Positions 48,036 through 58,561 are shown, counted from the stretch's first letter. The stretch is DNA of 64,000 nt from Gammaproteobacteria bacterium (GCA_965215365.1 CBDCDS010000003.1:1216001-1280000), one strand, 5' to 3'. Notes: a model not told the origin generated them from the sequence alone. Translations and numbers: made by a program.

Positions 48036-48740
48036 TCAGGCACGGTGAGATATTCGGGCCAGGGCTTTTATCTGTGCGGCGCCAATCGTCCCGTCGTGCA
48101 AGGCCGAGGCAACCAGCGCGCCATGGATGCCGTTGGCGGCAAGTTGGCGTAAATCTTCCACATTGCGCACGCCGCCGGCTGCGTAGAGCTGTTTGCCTGG
48201 GAGCTGCTCGCGCACGGCGCGCAGCCATTCCAGGTCCGGCCCGCAGCGGCTGCCAACATAATCGAGCGACATGATGATCACGCGTTGTGGCAATCGCTGC
48301 GGCTGTTGTGGCAGGCTGGCATCGCCGATGAGTTTCCCCCGTGCATAATCCAGAGACAGGATGCAGTGCGAATTGCGCGTATAATGCTCCAGTTGCTCAA
48401 TGGATAGACCTGTTTCCGTACCCAGCACATGTTGGACTTGACTGGCGTGGTCGTGAGCAATAAACGGCTGCAGGCCGGAATCCAGCCACAGGTTCAGGTT
48501 AGGCCAGGTCGCCAGCATGGGTGCGATGAGGTGATGGTTGTCGCCGGCGCCGGCAATGGCGTTGAGGTCGGCGAGGTAGAAGGTCTTGAACGGGAACACA
48601 GACCGGTAGGCCCGGACTACGGCCAGCAGTTCCGGCTCACGGCATAACGGCGTGGACAGCGGTGGATACAGATGTCTTTGTCCCTGCCGCGCCGCGACTA
48701 CCTTGCCGTCTTGCAAGTCGATGACGGGAATGATATGCAT
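48036..48740 (-). CDS. HisA/HisF-related protein (Orf17 of H4MPT/methylofuran clusters)
   Basis: IIPVIDL.DG.VV, YLADLNAI, VGS..GPD, AAGGVR, SALHDG. Confidence 0.88.
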   Translation of the reverse strand: MHIIPVIDLQDGKVVAARQGQRHLYPPLSTPLCREPELLAVVRAYRSVFPFKTFYLADLNAIAGAGDNHHLIAPMLATWPNLNLWLDSGLQPFIAHDHASQVQHVLGTETGLSIEQLEHYTRNSHCILSLDYARGKLIGDASLPQQPQRLPQRVIIMSLDYVGSRCGPDLEWLRAVREQLPGKQLYAAGGVRNVEDLRQLAANGIHGALVASALHDGTIGAAQIKALARISHRA

Positions 48741-49865
48741 GTAGAAAATTATACAGGTTGGGACATCGGCGGCGCGCATTTGAAAGTTGCGCGCCTCAAC
48801 CGCAACGGCGCGTTATATGCCGTGCAGCAGTTTGCCACACCTTTGTGGCAGGGGCCAGAAACGCTGGCAACGCCGGTTGCACAGACGCTCGAAGCTCTGC
48901 CTGACGGGCGCTGCGTGCACGCCGTGACCATGACCGGCGAGCTGGCCGACTGCTTTCCTGAACGCCGGGAAGGTGTGTTGCGCCTGGTGGACTACCTGTG
49001 CGGGCGTCTTGACCGGCGGCATTCCTGCTACGTCTATGCCGGCAACAAGGGCCTGGTGACGGCAGCAGATGTGCCGCGCTGCCATGCTGATATTGCTTCT
49101 GCCAACTGGCATTGCAGCGCCACGTATGCGGCGCAACGCCTGCGTTCCGGCGTGTTAGTGGATATTGGCACCACCACTACCGATATCATTCCCTTCCACC
49201 AGCGTCAGGTTTGTGCGCAAGGTTACAACGACCAGACGCGACTGCGCACGGGTGAGCTGGTCTATACGGGCCTGACCCGTACTCCGGTCATGGCGGTGGC
49301 CGCGCGGGCGCCATATAACGGTGTCTGGCAGGGTGTGGCGGCAGAGTATTTTGCCAATATGGCAGATGTCTATCGCATTACCGGCGATCTGGATGAACGC
49401 TTCGACCTGCTGCCGGCGGCTGATGGCGGCGCCAAAACCCGACACCATAGCCGCAAGCGCTTAGCGCGCATGTTGGGTACGGATTATATCAAGGGAGCGG
49501 CGGCTGCGCCCTGGCTGGAACTGGCACATTATCTTGCCGGACAACAGTATGAGACGATAGCGCGGGCTTTCACCGGCGTTATGGGTCGGCTACCCCAACC
49601 GGTTTACAAGCGCATCGTTGCAGCCGGCGCCGGCCGCTTTATTATCGGGAAACTGGCCCGAGAGCACGGTTACGAGTTGCTTCATTTTGAGGATTTACTG
49701 CCACGGGTTGAGGCCAAACCAGGGACTGAGCAAGGGGCTGAACAGGGGGATGTGAATAACTGTGCAACGGCGGTGGCGGTGGCTGCATTGGCTCTGGACA
49801 TGAAGCAAATGGCGCTTTGCAGAGCCAATCAGCATGAAGGGTACGGCTGCAATGCGTCTGGTTGA
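48735..49865 (+). CDS. Hydantoinase-like H4MPT-linked protein (Orf9)
   Basis: GWDIGGAHLK, VTMTGELAD.F, ASANW, DIGTTTTD, GELVYTG..RTP. Confidence 0.9.
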   Translation: MHVENYTGWDIGGAHLKVARLNRNGALYAVQQFATPLWQGPETLATPVAQTLEALPDGRCVHAVTMTGELADCFPERREGVLRLVDYLCGRLDRRHSCYVYAGNKGLVTAADVPRCHADIASANWHCSATYAAQRLRSGVLVDIGTTTTDIIPFHQRQVCAQGYNDQTRLRTGELVYTGLTRTPVMAVAARAPYNGVWQGVAAEYFANMADVYRITGDLDERFDLLPAADGGAKTRHHSRKRLARMLGTDYIKGAAAAPWLELAHYLAGQQYETIARAFTGVMGRLPQPVYKRIVAAGAGRFIIGKLAREHGYELLHFEDLLPRVEAKPGTEQGAEQGDVNNCATAVAVAALALDMKQMALCRANQHEGYGCNASG

Positions 49866-51204
49866 ACTCGAGTACATCCGCGATTCGGCGGCGCTGTTCA
49901 GCGCTATCGCCGCGGAACCCTGGAGCATCTTCCTGGACAGCGGCTATCCGCTGATAGACCGCGGTCGCTACGACATTATGAGCGCCCGTCCCGGCGGCGT
50001 GTTGCTCACTTACGGTGAGGAAACCCGCGTGATACGCGGGAATGCCGTGCACTATTCAAACGAAGACCCGTTCGCGTTGCTCAGGCAGGAGTTGGGGGAA
50101 CGCCGTGTCAACCTGTCCGGATTCCCTTTTGCCGGTGGCGCGCTGGGGTATTTTGCTTATGATTTGGGACGCCGGCTGGAATACCTGCCCAGCCAATGCC
50201 GGGATGATATCAACCTGCCGGACCTGGCCGTAGGCCTGTATGACTGGGCCTTGATCGTCGACCACCACCGGCGCCGCACCTGGTTGATCGCAGCGGAGGG
50301 TGCCGCACTCGGCGCGGCCGACTGGCAAGACTTGCAGGACTTGTTCAGCCGCGCTGAGCCGCAGCCAACGCCTGACTACGCGGTGCAATCCGGCCTCATC
50401 AAACATACCGGCAAGGAGCAGTATCAGGCCGCGTTTGAGCAGATTCAACGCTATATCCGCAACGGGGATTGCTACCAGGTCAACCTGGCCCAGCGCTTCA
50501 GTATTGAGGTGACGGGCGATTCATGGAGCTTGTACCGGCGTCTCAGACAGTTGAACCCGGCGCCCTATGCCTGCTTCTTCCGACTCGATGACGGTTGTAT
50601 CCTGAGTTCTTCACCGGAGCGCTTTATCTGCGTGTCCGGCGATCTGGTGGAAACCAGGCCTATTAAGGGCACCATTCGACGTTCGGTCTATGCCTATGAA
50701 GACAAGGCCCTGGCCGCGCAACTGCTGGAAAGCGAGAAAGACCGGGCGGAAAACCTGATGATCGTCGATTTGCTCAGGCATGACCTCGGCAAGAATTGCG
50801 AGACCGGCAGTGTCAGGGTCCCGCAGCTGTTTGCGCTGGAAAGCTTTGCCAGCGTGCACCACCTGGTCAGTACCGTCACCGGCCGCCTGGCTCGGGGCCG
50901 GCACGCACTGGATTTACTACGCGGCGCGTTCCCGGGCGGCTCCATCACCGGCGCGCCGAAACTGCGCGCCATGGCGATCATTGAAGAACTGGAGAGCTGG
51001 CGTCGCAGCATCTATTGCGGTGCGATCGGCTACATCGGTTATGACGGCAGCATGGATACCAACATCGCCATCCGCACCCTGGTACACAAGGATGACCGGG
51101 TCTGTTTCTGGACCGGCGGTGGCATCGTGGCGGATTCCATTGCCCAGAGCGAATACCGCGAGTGCTTTGAGAAAGCCGCAGCCATTATGCGCTTGTTTGA
51201 TTGA
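49852..51204 (+). CDS. pabB: Aminodeoxychorismate synthase component I
   Basis: GDCYQVNL, SSSPERF, RPIKGT, AENLMIVDLLR, GGSITGAPK. Confidence 0.93.
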   Translation: MRLVELEYIRDSAALFSAIAAEPWSIFLDSGYPLIDRGRYDIMSARPGGVLLTYGEETRVIRGNAVHYSNEDPFALLRQELGERRVNLSGFPFAGGALGYFAYDLGRRLEYLPSQCRDDINLPDLAVGLYDWALIVDHHRRRTWLIAAEGAALGAADWQDLQDLFSRAEPQPTPDYAVQSGLIKHTGKEQYQAAFEQIQRYIRNGDCYQVNLAQRFSIEVTGDSWSLYRRLRQLNPAPYACFFRLDDGCILSSSPERFICVSGDLVETRPIKGTIRRSVYAYEDKALAAQLLESEKDRAENLMIVDLLRHDLGKNCETGSVRVPQLFALESFASVHHLVSTVTGRLARGRHALDLLRGAFPGGSITGAPKLRAMAIIEELESWRRSIYCGAIGYIGYDGSMDTNIAIRTLVHKDDRVCFWTGGGIVADSIAQSEYRECFEKAAAIMRLFD

Positions 51205-51813
51205 ATGTGGGTCATCAAGATAGGGGGCAGCCTGGAGACCGCCCCGGGATTGCGTTCATTACTGGCATTACTGGCTGACTACGGACCGTCAGGGTTGGTC
51301 ATCGTGCCCGGTGGCGGGCGTTTTGCCGAGCGGGTGCGGCAGCAGCAACGGCAAACGGGCATAGACGACATGACGGCTCATCGACGGGCGCTGCTCGCCA
51401 TGCAACAATACGGCGCGTTATTGTGTGAGCTGGAGCCGCGCTTGTATCCGGCTGCCGACATCGGTGGCCTGCGTGGCGCAGTTGCGCAAGCCGAAATCCC
51501 GGTCTGGTTCCCCGCCCGAATGCTGTCGGCGCGCACCGATATCCCGGCCAACTGGCAGGTCACCTCCGACAGTCTGGCGCTGTGGCTGGCCGGGGAGCTG
51601 AATGCCGAGGCCTTGATTCTGGTCAAATCTATGCCGAACAGCGCCAACAACGCACAGCAACTCGCCGCGTCGGCCTACCTGGATGCCTGGTTCCCGCAAA
51701 TGATGGCAACAGCAGGAGTGAACACCATCGCTTGCGCCAGCATTGAGCAGCCGGAAGTCCTGCAACAAGCCCTCAGCTCCGGCGCCATACCCACCGAACT
51801 GCAAATCACTTGA
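51205..51813 (+). CDS. Amino-acid-kinase family protein (Orf21)
   Basis: VIKIGGSL, VPGGG.FA..VR, W.VTSDSLA.WLA. Confidence 0.87.
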   Translation: MWVIKIGGSLETAPGLRSLLALLADYGPSGLVIVPGGGRFAERVRQQQRQTGIDDMTAHRRALLAMQQYGALLCELEPRLYPAADIGGLRGAVAQAEIPVWFPARMLSARTDIPANWQVTSDSLALWLAGELNAEALILVKSMPNSANNAQQLAASAYLDAWFPQMMATAGVNTIACASIEQPEVLQQALSSGAIPTELQIT

Positions 51814-51867
51814 AAAATTCGCAACGCCCCCCCGAGGCCGCCTGACGTAAAAAGGACCGGCAAAGGG

Positions 51868-51995
51868 ATTTTAACGCAGGATTTTTTGCGTCAGGCAAGG
51901 CGGGCAACGAGAGAGGGAGGGAGTGTACACCAGGTACATGACCGACCGAACGAGGCCGCCCAACGCTGCCTGACGTAAAAAAGACAAGTTAAAAT
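51868..51995. mobile_element. Family C MITE-like element
   Basis: Imperfect TIRs ATTTTAAC..TTTTTTGCGTCAGGCA / TGCCTGACGTAAAAAA..GTTAAAAT; partial duplicate at 51834-51853. Confidence 0.55.
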
Positions 51996-51996
51996 T

Positions 51997-52035
51997 AAAA
52001 AGCCTGGCGCCTGAAGGAGGTTGGAGACGCCAGGC
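51997..52035 (-). terminator. Terminator hairpin with C/U-rich loop
   Basis: GCCTGGCG stem followed by a U-run on the minus strand. Confidence 0.65.
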
Positions 52036-52076
52036 AAAATAGCCGAGCTCCTGCTGGGCTTCCCGCTGAAAATTGT

Positions 52077-52323
52077 TTAACCCGCAGCTCTCACCAAGTC
52101 GCTTGTTGCCTTGTGAAACATTATTGCTCTCAATAAGTTATGGTAATACTGCTACTCTTTCCACCTGACACACTGCGCTTGATGCGCCCTCGCTGGTCTT
52201 GGTTCTGCCGGCGGGCATGTGATTCCTCAACCATAGCTATGGCTATGATTTCGGTCGCCGGCACCCGCAGGCAGAACCAATCCGGCGCGATCTTCGCATC
52301 ACCTGGTGAGATCTGCGGGTTGA
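52077..52323. mobile_element. Family A MITE, full copy
   Basis: TTAACCCGCAGCTCTCACC ... GGTGAGATCTGCGGGTTGA. Confidence 0.9.
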
Positions 52324-52326
52324 CTG

Positions 52327-53553
52327 TTAATCCCAGTTCAAGGTGCCCCCGGTCTGGTATTCGGTCACGCGTGTTTCAAAAAAGTTCTTTTCTTTCTTCA
52401 AGTCCATCAGTTCACTCATCCATGGGAACGGGTTGCTGGCCCCGGAATATTGCTCGGCCAGACCGATCTGGGCGCAGCGTCGGTTGGCGATGAACTTGAG
52501 ATACTCTTCAAACATGTTGGCATTCAGACCCAGCACGCCTCTGGGCATGGTGTCGCAGGCGTACTTTACTTCCAGTTCCACGGCCTCGCGTAACATGGCC
52601 ACGATCTCCTGTTGAAACGCGGCCGTCCACAAATGGGGGTTTTCGATCTTGATCTGGTTGATCACGTCGATGCCGAAGTTCATGTGCATGGACTCATCGC
52701 GCAGGATGTACTGGAACTGCTCGGCGCAGCCCGTCATCTTGTTACGCCGGCCCATGGACAGCACCTGCACAAACCCCACGTAGAAGAAGATACCCTCGAA
52801 CACGATATAAAAGGCGATCAGGTCGCGTAACAGGCGCTGGTCGGTTTCTGGCGTGCCGGTATGGAACGTCGGGTCGCCCAGACTGCGGGTGAAGCGCATG
52901 GCCCAGGCCGCCTTGTCATGGATGGAGGGAATCTCGCGATACATATTGAACACTTCGGCCTCATCCAACCCCAGCGACTCGACGCAATACTGGTAGGCAT
53001 GGGTGTGCAAGGCCTCTTCAAACGCCTGACGCAGCAGGTATTGCCGACATTCCGGGTTGGTGATGTGTCGGTAGACCGCCAGCACCAGGTTGTTGGCGAC
53101 CAGGGAATCGGCGGAGGCGAAAAACCCTAAGTTGCGCTTGATGACGGTGCGCTCGTCTTCGCTCAGCCCGTCCGGGTTCTTCCACAGCGCAATGTCCGCG
53201 GTCATGTTGACTTCCTGCGGCATCCAGTGGTTGGCGCAGGCGTCCAGATATTTCTGCCAGGCCCACTTGTATTTGAACGGCACCAGTTGATTGAGGTCGG
53301 CCCGACAGTTGATCATCTGCTTGTCATCGACATTGATACGCCCGGCGCCGAACTCAACCTCTTCCAAGCCGTTGACGCCGCCCTGGGTGGCGTCCTGGGC
53401 GGATGTCTCCTGGTAGTTCACCGCCGGCGGTGCGCCCTCAGTTGCCGCGTTCAGGTCGGCCAGGGCGTGCTCCACAACCGCTTGCGGCGGCGTGGGCTGT
53501 TCTTGCTTCGCCTGTTTCAGCCCGGCGATCGGATCATCCCAGTCAGTCAACAT
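52327..53553 (-). CDS. nrdB: Class Ia ribonucleotide reductase beta subunit
   Basis: [25 protein letters not shown]. Confidence 0.96.
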   Translation of the reverse strand: MLTDWDDPIAGLKQAKQEQPTPPQAVVEHALADLNAATEGAPPAVNYQETSAQDATQGGVNGLEEVEFGAGRINVDDKQMINCRADLNQLVPFKYKWAWQKYLDACANHWMPQEVNMTADIALWKNPDGLSEDERTVIKRNLGFFASADSLVANNLVLAVYRHITNPECRQYLLRQAFEEALHTHAYQYCVESLGLDEAEVFNMYREIPSIHDKAAWAMRFTRSLGDPTFHTGTPETDQRLLRDLIAFYIVFEGIFFYVGFVQVLSMGRRNKMTGCAEQFQYILRDESMHMNFGIDVINQIKIENPHLWTAAFQQEIVAMLREAVELEVKYACDTMPRGVLGLNANMFEEYLKFIANRRCAQIGLAEQYSGASNPFPWMSELMDLKKEKNFFETRVTEYQTGGTLNWD

Positions 53554-53731
53554 AAGTCTAGTCCCCCTTGTGGAATACGAGCATCAGGTCACCTCTCACA
53601 AACACGAGGTGGCCGTGCAGCATAAGGATATGCTGCCATTTTTAATGACGGCACAAGCCGGAATAACGAGTCATTGTCATTGAGGCGCCTTTGCTGTTAC
53701 CCTCATTGAGCCGCGCCAAGCCGCGCTGCCG

Positions 53732-56700
53732 TCATTGGCAGGCCTCGCAGTTCGGATCGTCCAGGCTGCATGTGGCGGCCGGCGCCTCCTTAGCGGCACT
53801 GCGTTCGACTGCGGCAAGTTGAGTTTCCCGACCGCCATCGAGCGTGCTTTTCTCGACATGGGTGGCGCCCAAGCTGCGCAGGTAGTAAGTGGTCTTGAGG
53901 CCCCGTATCCAGGCCAGCTTGTATAAGTTGTCCATCTTTTTGCCATCCGGCTCGCGCATGTACAGGTTCAGCGACTGCGCCTGATCCAGCCACTTCTGCC
54001 GCCTGGATGCGCATTCGACCAGCCAGCGCGGGTCAATTTCAAAGGCTGATGAATACAGCAGTTTCAACTCATCCGGGATGCGATCGACCTGCTGCACGCT
54101 GCCATCAAAATACTTCAAATCGCTGACCATAACGTCGTCCCAGAGCCCGTGCGCCTTGAGGTCGTGCACCATGTAGGGGTTGACTACCGTGAACTCCCCG
54201 GACAGGTTTGATTTGACGAACAGGTTCTGATAGGTCGGCTCGATGGATTGGCTGACGCCGCAAATATTGGAAATGGTCGCGGTGGGGGCGATGGCCATAC
54301 AGTTGGAGTTGCGCATGCCGGTTTTTTTCACGCGTTTGCGCAGGGCTGCCCAGTCCAGCTTAGCGCTCCGGTCCACTTCCAGGTAGCCGTTGCGGTTGTG
54401 TTCCAGTGCGTCGATGGAGTCAAGCGGCAGCAGGCCCTTACTCCACAGCGATCCCTTGAAGCTGGTGTAGGCGCCGCGCTCTTCGGCTAAGTCCGTGGAG
54501 GCCTTGATGGCGTGGTAACTGATCATTTCCATGCTGGCGTCGGCAAATTCAACCGCCTCTTTGGAGGCATAAGGCCGGCGCAGTTTGTACAGCGCATCCT
54601 GAAAGCCCATCAATCCCAAACCCACCGGGCGATGCTTGAGGTTGGAACGGCGCGCCTGCGGCACGCTGTAGTAGTTGTAGTCGATGACATTATCCAGCAT
54701 GCGCATGGCAACGCTGACGGTGTGCTCCAGCTTGGCCTGGTCCAGGCCGTTTGCGTCCACATGCTGTGCCAGGTTCACGGAGCCGAGGTTGCACACTGCG
54801 ATTTCGTCGTCGGAGGTGTTCAGGGTAATCTCGGTGCACAGGTTGGACGAATGCACTACGCCGATATGCTGCTGCGGCGAGCGCAGGTTGCAGGGGTCCT
54901 TGAAAGTGAGCCACGGGTGGCCGGTCTCGTACAGCATGGACAGCATCTTGCGCCACAAGTCCTGCGCGGCGATGGTCTTGTGCAGCTTGAGCTCGCCGGT
55001 CGCTGCCAGCTGCTCGTATTGTTCGTAGCGCCGGGTGAACTCGAGCCCGTACAACTCGTGCAGGTCCGGGGTGTCATCCGGCGAGAACAGGGTCCAGTTG
55101 CCGCCCTCACAGACGCGCCGCATGAACAGGTCGGGGATCCAGTTGGCCGTATTCATGTCATGGGTGCGACGCCGGTCATCACCGGTATTCTTGCGCAACT
55201 CCAGGAACTCCTCAATATCCAGGTGCCAGCTTTCCAGGTAGGCGCACATGGCGCCTTTGCGCTTGCCGCCCTGGTTGACGGCCACTGCGGTATCGTTGGC
55301 GACTTTGAGGAACGGCACCACACCCTGGGATTTGCCGTTGGTGCCCTTGATGTGCGCGCCCATGGACCGTACCCGGCTCCAGTCGTTGCCGAGCCCACCG
55401 GCGAACTTGGACAGCAGGGCGTCGTCCTTAATGGCGCTGAAGATGCCGTCTAAGTGGTCGGGCACCGTGCTCAGGTAGCAGGACGACAGTTGCGGCCGGC
55501 AGGTGCCGGAATTGAACAGGGTGGGGGTGGAGCTCATAAAATCGAAGGAGGACAGCAGCTCATAGAACTCAATGGCCCGGCTTTCCCGGTCCAGCTCGTT
55601 AATGGCCAGACCCATGGCCACCCGCATGAAAAACGCCTGCGGTAATTCGATGCGCACCTGTTTATCGGTGTGGATAAAGTAACGGTCGTACAGGGTTTGC
55701 AGGCCCAGGTAGGTGAACAGGTGATCGCGTTCGGGCTTGAGCGCCTGGCCCAGGCGCTCTAAGTCGTATTTCACCAGTTCGTGGTCGAGCAATCCCAACC
55801 CGGCGCCGGTTTCAATGTACTTGCGCAAATACTGCGGGTAATGCTCCGCCATCTGCGCCTGGGTGGCTTCCGTATCCTGGCCGTTGATATGGCTCAGCGC
55901 TTCCCGGCGCAGCCCGTCCAACAACAGGCGGGCGGCGGCATAGCTGTAGTTCGGTTCCTTTTCGATCATGGCCCGAGCGCTCATCACCAGCGCATGGTTG
56001 ACGTCGGCCTCGTTCACGCCGTCAAACAGATTGCGCAACGCGTCGTTGATGATGAGGCTGCCGTCAACCTGCTCTAAGGCGCTGCAGGCTTCATCCGTGA
56101 TCGCATGCAGACGCGCCACATCCAGTTGTTTCAGGGCGCCGTCGGCGGTGGTGACATTGATGTTGACACTGGCGTCGGTGGGCCCGGCAGCTGCGGCCTG
56201 TTCTTTTTCCAGGCGCGCCTGCGCCCGTTGTTCCCGGTAGATGACGTAGGCGCGCGCGACCTTCTGCTCGGCGGCGCGCATCAACGCCAGCTCAACCTGA
56301 TCCTGGATGTCTTCTATATGTACGGTGCCACCGCTGGGCAAGCGGCGCGTGACGCCCCGGGCCACTTGTTCGGTGAGCTGCGCGACTTTTTCATGCACGC
56401 GTTTGGACGCCGCGGCGGTGCCACCCTCTACCTCCAGGAAGGCCTTGGTGATGGCGACGCTGATCTTGGTAGCGTCAAAAGCCGTCACCTTGCCATTGCG
56501 ACGAATAACCTTGTAATCGCCGGGCTGGTAAGCGTTGAGCTGGCCGGCATATTCCGGGTCGGTATAGTCCGGGCTGGGGTATTCTTGTACGGTATGTTCT
56601 TGTCCCGCAGCCTTCGGCGCCGTATATTCTGGCGCTGTATATTCTGGCGCCGGGTGGCCGCCGTTCTGCCGGGCAAGCTCGTTGCCGCGGCGAACGTTAT

Positions 56701-56767
56701 CGGCTGCTACGTCAACAACGGACTCCGCCAGGGCGGTTTTATCGCTTTGCATTCGCCTTATCCACAC
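53732..56767 (-). CDS. nrdA: Class Ia ribonucleotide reductase alpha subunit (two ATP cones; start 56752 or 56767)
   Basis: TPTLFNSG, SSNLCTEI, VCNLGS, APTAT, KTTYY, C-terminal CEACQ. Confidence 0.96.
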   Translation of the reverse strand: MWIRRMQSDKTALAESVVDVAADNVRRGNELARQNGGHPAPEYTAPEYTAPKAAGQEHTVQEYPSPDYTDPEYAGQLNAYQPGDYKVIRRNGKVTAFDATKISVAITKAFLEVEGGTAAASKRVHEKVAQLTEQVARGVTRRLPSGGTVHIEDIQDQVELALMRAAEQKVARAYVIYREQRAQARLEKEQAAAAGPTDASVNINVTTADGALKQLDVARLHAITDEACSALEQVDGSLIINDALRNLFDGVNEADVNHALVMSARAMIEKEPNYSYAAARLLLDGLRREALSHINGQDTEATQAQMAEHYPQYLRKYIETGAGLGLLDHELVKYDLERLGQALKPERDHLFTYLGLQTLYDRYFIHTDKQVRIELPQAFFMRVAMGLAINELDRESRAIEFYELLSSFDFMSSTPTLFNSGTCRPQLSSCYLSTVPDHLDGIFSAIKDDALLSKFAGGLGNDWSRVRSMGAHIKGTNGKSQGVVPFLKVANDTAVAVNQGGKRKGAMCAYLESWHLDIEEFLELRKNTGDDRRRTHDMNTANWIPDLFMRRVCEGGNWTLFSPDDTPDLHELYGLEFTRRYEQYEQLAATGELKLHKTIAAQDLWRKMLSMLYETGHPWLTFKDPCNLRSPQQHIGVVHSSNLCTEITLNTSDDEIAVCNLGSVNLAQHVDANGLDQAKLEHTVSVAMRMLDNVIDYNYYSVPQARRSNLKHRPVGLGLMGFQDALYKLRRPYASKEAVEFADASMEMISYHAIKASTDLAEERGAYTSFKGSLWSKGLLPLDSIDALEHNRNGYLEVDRSAKLDWAALRKRVKKTGMRNSNCMAIAPTATISNICGVSQSIEPTYQNLFVKSNLSGEFTVVNPYMVHDLKAHGLWDDVMVSDLKYFDGSVQQVDRIPDELKLLYSSAFEIDPRWLVECASRRQKWLDQAQSLNLYMREPDGKKMDNLYKLAWIRGLKTTYYLRSLGATHVEKSTLDGGRETQLAAVERSAAKEAPAATCSLDDPNCEACQ

Positions 56768-56857
56768 ACAGGTAGTTTGTTGTTAAAATTGTCGCTCACG
56801 GGCCTTGCTAAGGGTCCGTGAACATGATGAAGCCTGTCACGTAACAGACAGTATTAC

Positions 56858-56905
56858 ACTACTATATCCTGTGGTCAAGTGGTATTTGCACTACAATAAC
56901 TTGTG
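56858..56905. promoter_or_regulatory. Tandem NrdR boxes, with DnaA-box-like sites nearby
   Basis: ACTACTATATCCTGTG and ACTACAATAACTTGTG, 32-bp period, upstream of nrdA; TTATCCACA at 56758-56766. Confidence 0.8.
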
Positions 56906-57075
56906 GATGAAGTTGTGTTCAGGCCTTGAATTTCCTGTTCACAAGTTGCGAAAAAAGCTGTGCATAAGTTTGTGAGAAGGAATAAAATGCAAGCTTTTCA
57001 ACAGTATGTCTTGCCGAGCCTGACAGGTCCCGAAGCGCGTGACCGGGCTCTGAATGAAATGAGGAAATAGCGCGT

Positions 57076-58503
57076 ATGTCAGTAAGCAAAAAACCAATCC
57101 AGGCAGAGGTGGCAGTGCTGGGCTCCGGGCCCGGCGGTTATACCGCGGCGTTCCGCGCTGCCGACCTGGGATTGAACACCGTCCTGATCGAACGCTACCC
57201 CACCTTGGGCGGCGTGTGTCTGAACGTCGGTTGTATCCCCTCCAAAGCCTTGTTGCATGCGGCCAAGGTGATCAGCGACGCCCGCGACGCGGCTGCCTAC
57301 GGCATTGAGTTCGGCGCCCCGACTATCGACCGCAGCGGCCTGTTGCGCTGGAAAGACAAGACGTTGTCCCGTCTCACCCAGGGCCTGCAAGGACTGGCGG
57401 GGCAGCGGCAGGTGACCCTGGTGCAGGGCACCGGACAGTTCACCGCCGCCAACCGCCTCAGTGTGGCGACGGCAGCGGGCGCGCAGGAGGTGGAGTTCGA
57501 GCAGGCTATCATCGCGGTGGGCTCCACCCCCATCAACCTGCCTGAGGCGCCGCAGGATGAGCGCCTGATGAATTCGACCACGGCGTTGACCCTGCCGGAG
57601 ATCCCGCAACGGTTGCTGGTCATCGGCGGCGGCAGCATCGGGCTGGAGCTGGCCGCGGTGTACCACGAACTGGGCAGCCGCATTACTCTGGTGGAATTGC
57701 TGGACGGCCTCATGGCCGGCACTGACCCGGACCTGGTCAAGCCCTTGCAGAAACGCATTGCCCGGCAGTACGAGAATATCTTCACGGCTACCCGCGTCAC
57801 CGGCATCAAGGCAAGTGACAAGGGTTTAACGGTAGGCTTCGCCGGCCCCAAGGCGCCGCCGGAAGACACCTTCGACCGCGTGCTGGTGGCGGTGGGCCGG
57901 GCGCCCAACGGCAAGCTCATCGACGCTGAGCGCGCCGGCGTACAGGTCGATGAACGCGGCTTTATCGCGGTGGACAAGCAGCAGCGCACCAACGTCTCCC
58001 ATATCTTCGCCATCGGCGATGTCACCGGCGCGCCCATGCTGGCGCACAAGGCCACCCATGAAGGCAAGGTGGCGGCAGAGGTTGCCGCCGGCCGGCCCAG
58101 CCTGTTCGATGCCAGGGTCATCCCGGGGGTCACCTACACCGACCCGGAAGTCGCCTGGGTCGGCGTCACCGAAGCCGAGGCGCAAGAGCAGGGCCTGAAC
58201 TACGGCAAAGGCCTGTTCCCCTGGGCCGCCAGCGGCCGCTCGCTGAGCATGGACCGCAATGAAGGGTTGACCAAACTGTTATTCGAGCAGCAGACCGGGC
58301 GCGTCATCGGCGCCGGCATCGTCGGCTCCAACGCCGGCGACCTGATCGCAGAAGTGGCCCTGGCCATAGAAATGGACTGCACCGCCGAAGACATTGGCCT
58401 CACCGTCCACCCCCACCCCACCCTGGCCGAAACCGTCGCCTTCGCCGCCGAGATGCACGAAGGGACGATTACGGATTTGTACGTGGGAGGTGGGGGGAGT
58501 TAG
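57076..58503 (+). CDS. lpdA: Dihydrolipoamide dehydrogenase
   Basis: GSGPGGY, GGVCLNVGCIPSK, HPHPTLAE. Confidence 0.96.
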   Translation: MSVSKKPIQAEVAVLGSGPGGYTAAFRAADLGLNTVLIERYPTLGGVCLNVGCIPSKALLHAAKVISDARDAAAYGIEFGAPTIDRSGLLRWKDKTLSRLTQGLQGLAGQRQVTLVQGTGQFTAANRLSVATAAGAQEVEFEQAIIAVGSTPINLPEAPQDERLMNSTTALTLPEIPQRLLVIGGGSIGLELAAVYHELGSRITLVELLDGLMAGTDPDLVKPLQKRIARQYENIFTATRVTGIKASDKGLTVGFAGPKAPPEDTFDRVLVAVGRAPNGKLIDAERAGVQVDERGFIAVDKQQRTNVSHIFAIGDVTGAPMLAHKATHEGKVAAEVAAGRPSLFDARVIPGVTYTDPEVAWVGVTEAEAQEQGLNYGKGLFPWAASGRSLSMDRNEGLTKLLFEQQTGRVIGAGIVGSNAGDLIAEVALAIEMDCTAEDIGLTVHPHPTLAETVAFAAEMHEGTITDLYVGGGGS

Positions 58504-58561
58504 TTTTCAGGGCATCCCTGAAAGGAGCCTTATAAAACGAGTCTGGCTGAGACAATGTGAG

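Noticed and set aside
56758-56970. DnaA-box cluster as replication origin
   Set aside because: Lies in the nrdA promoter region with NrdR boxes, a known regulatory context; no oriC gene neighbours.
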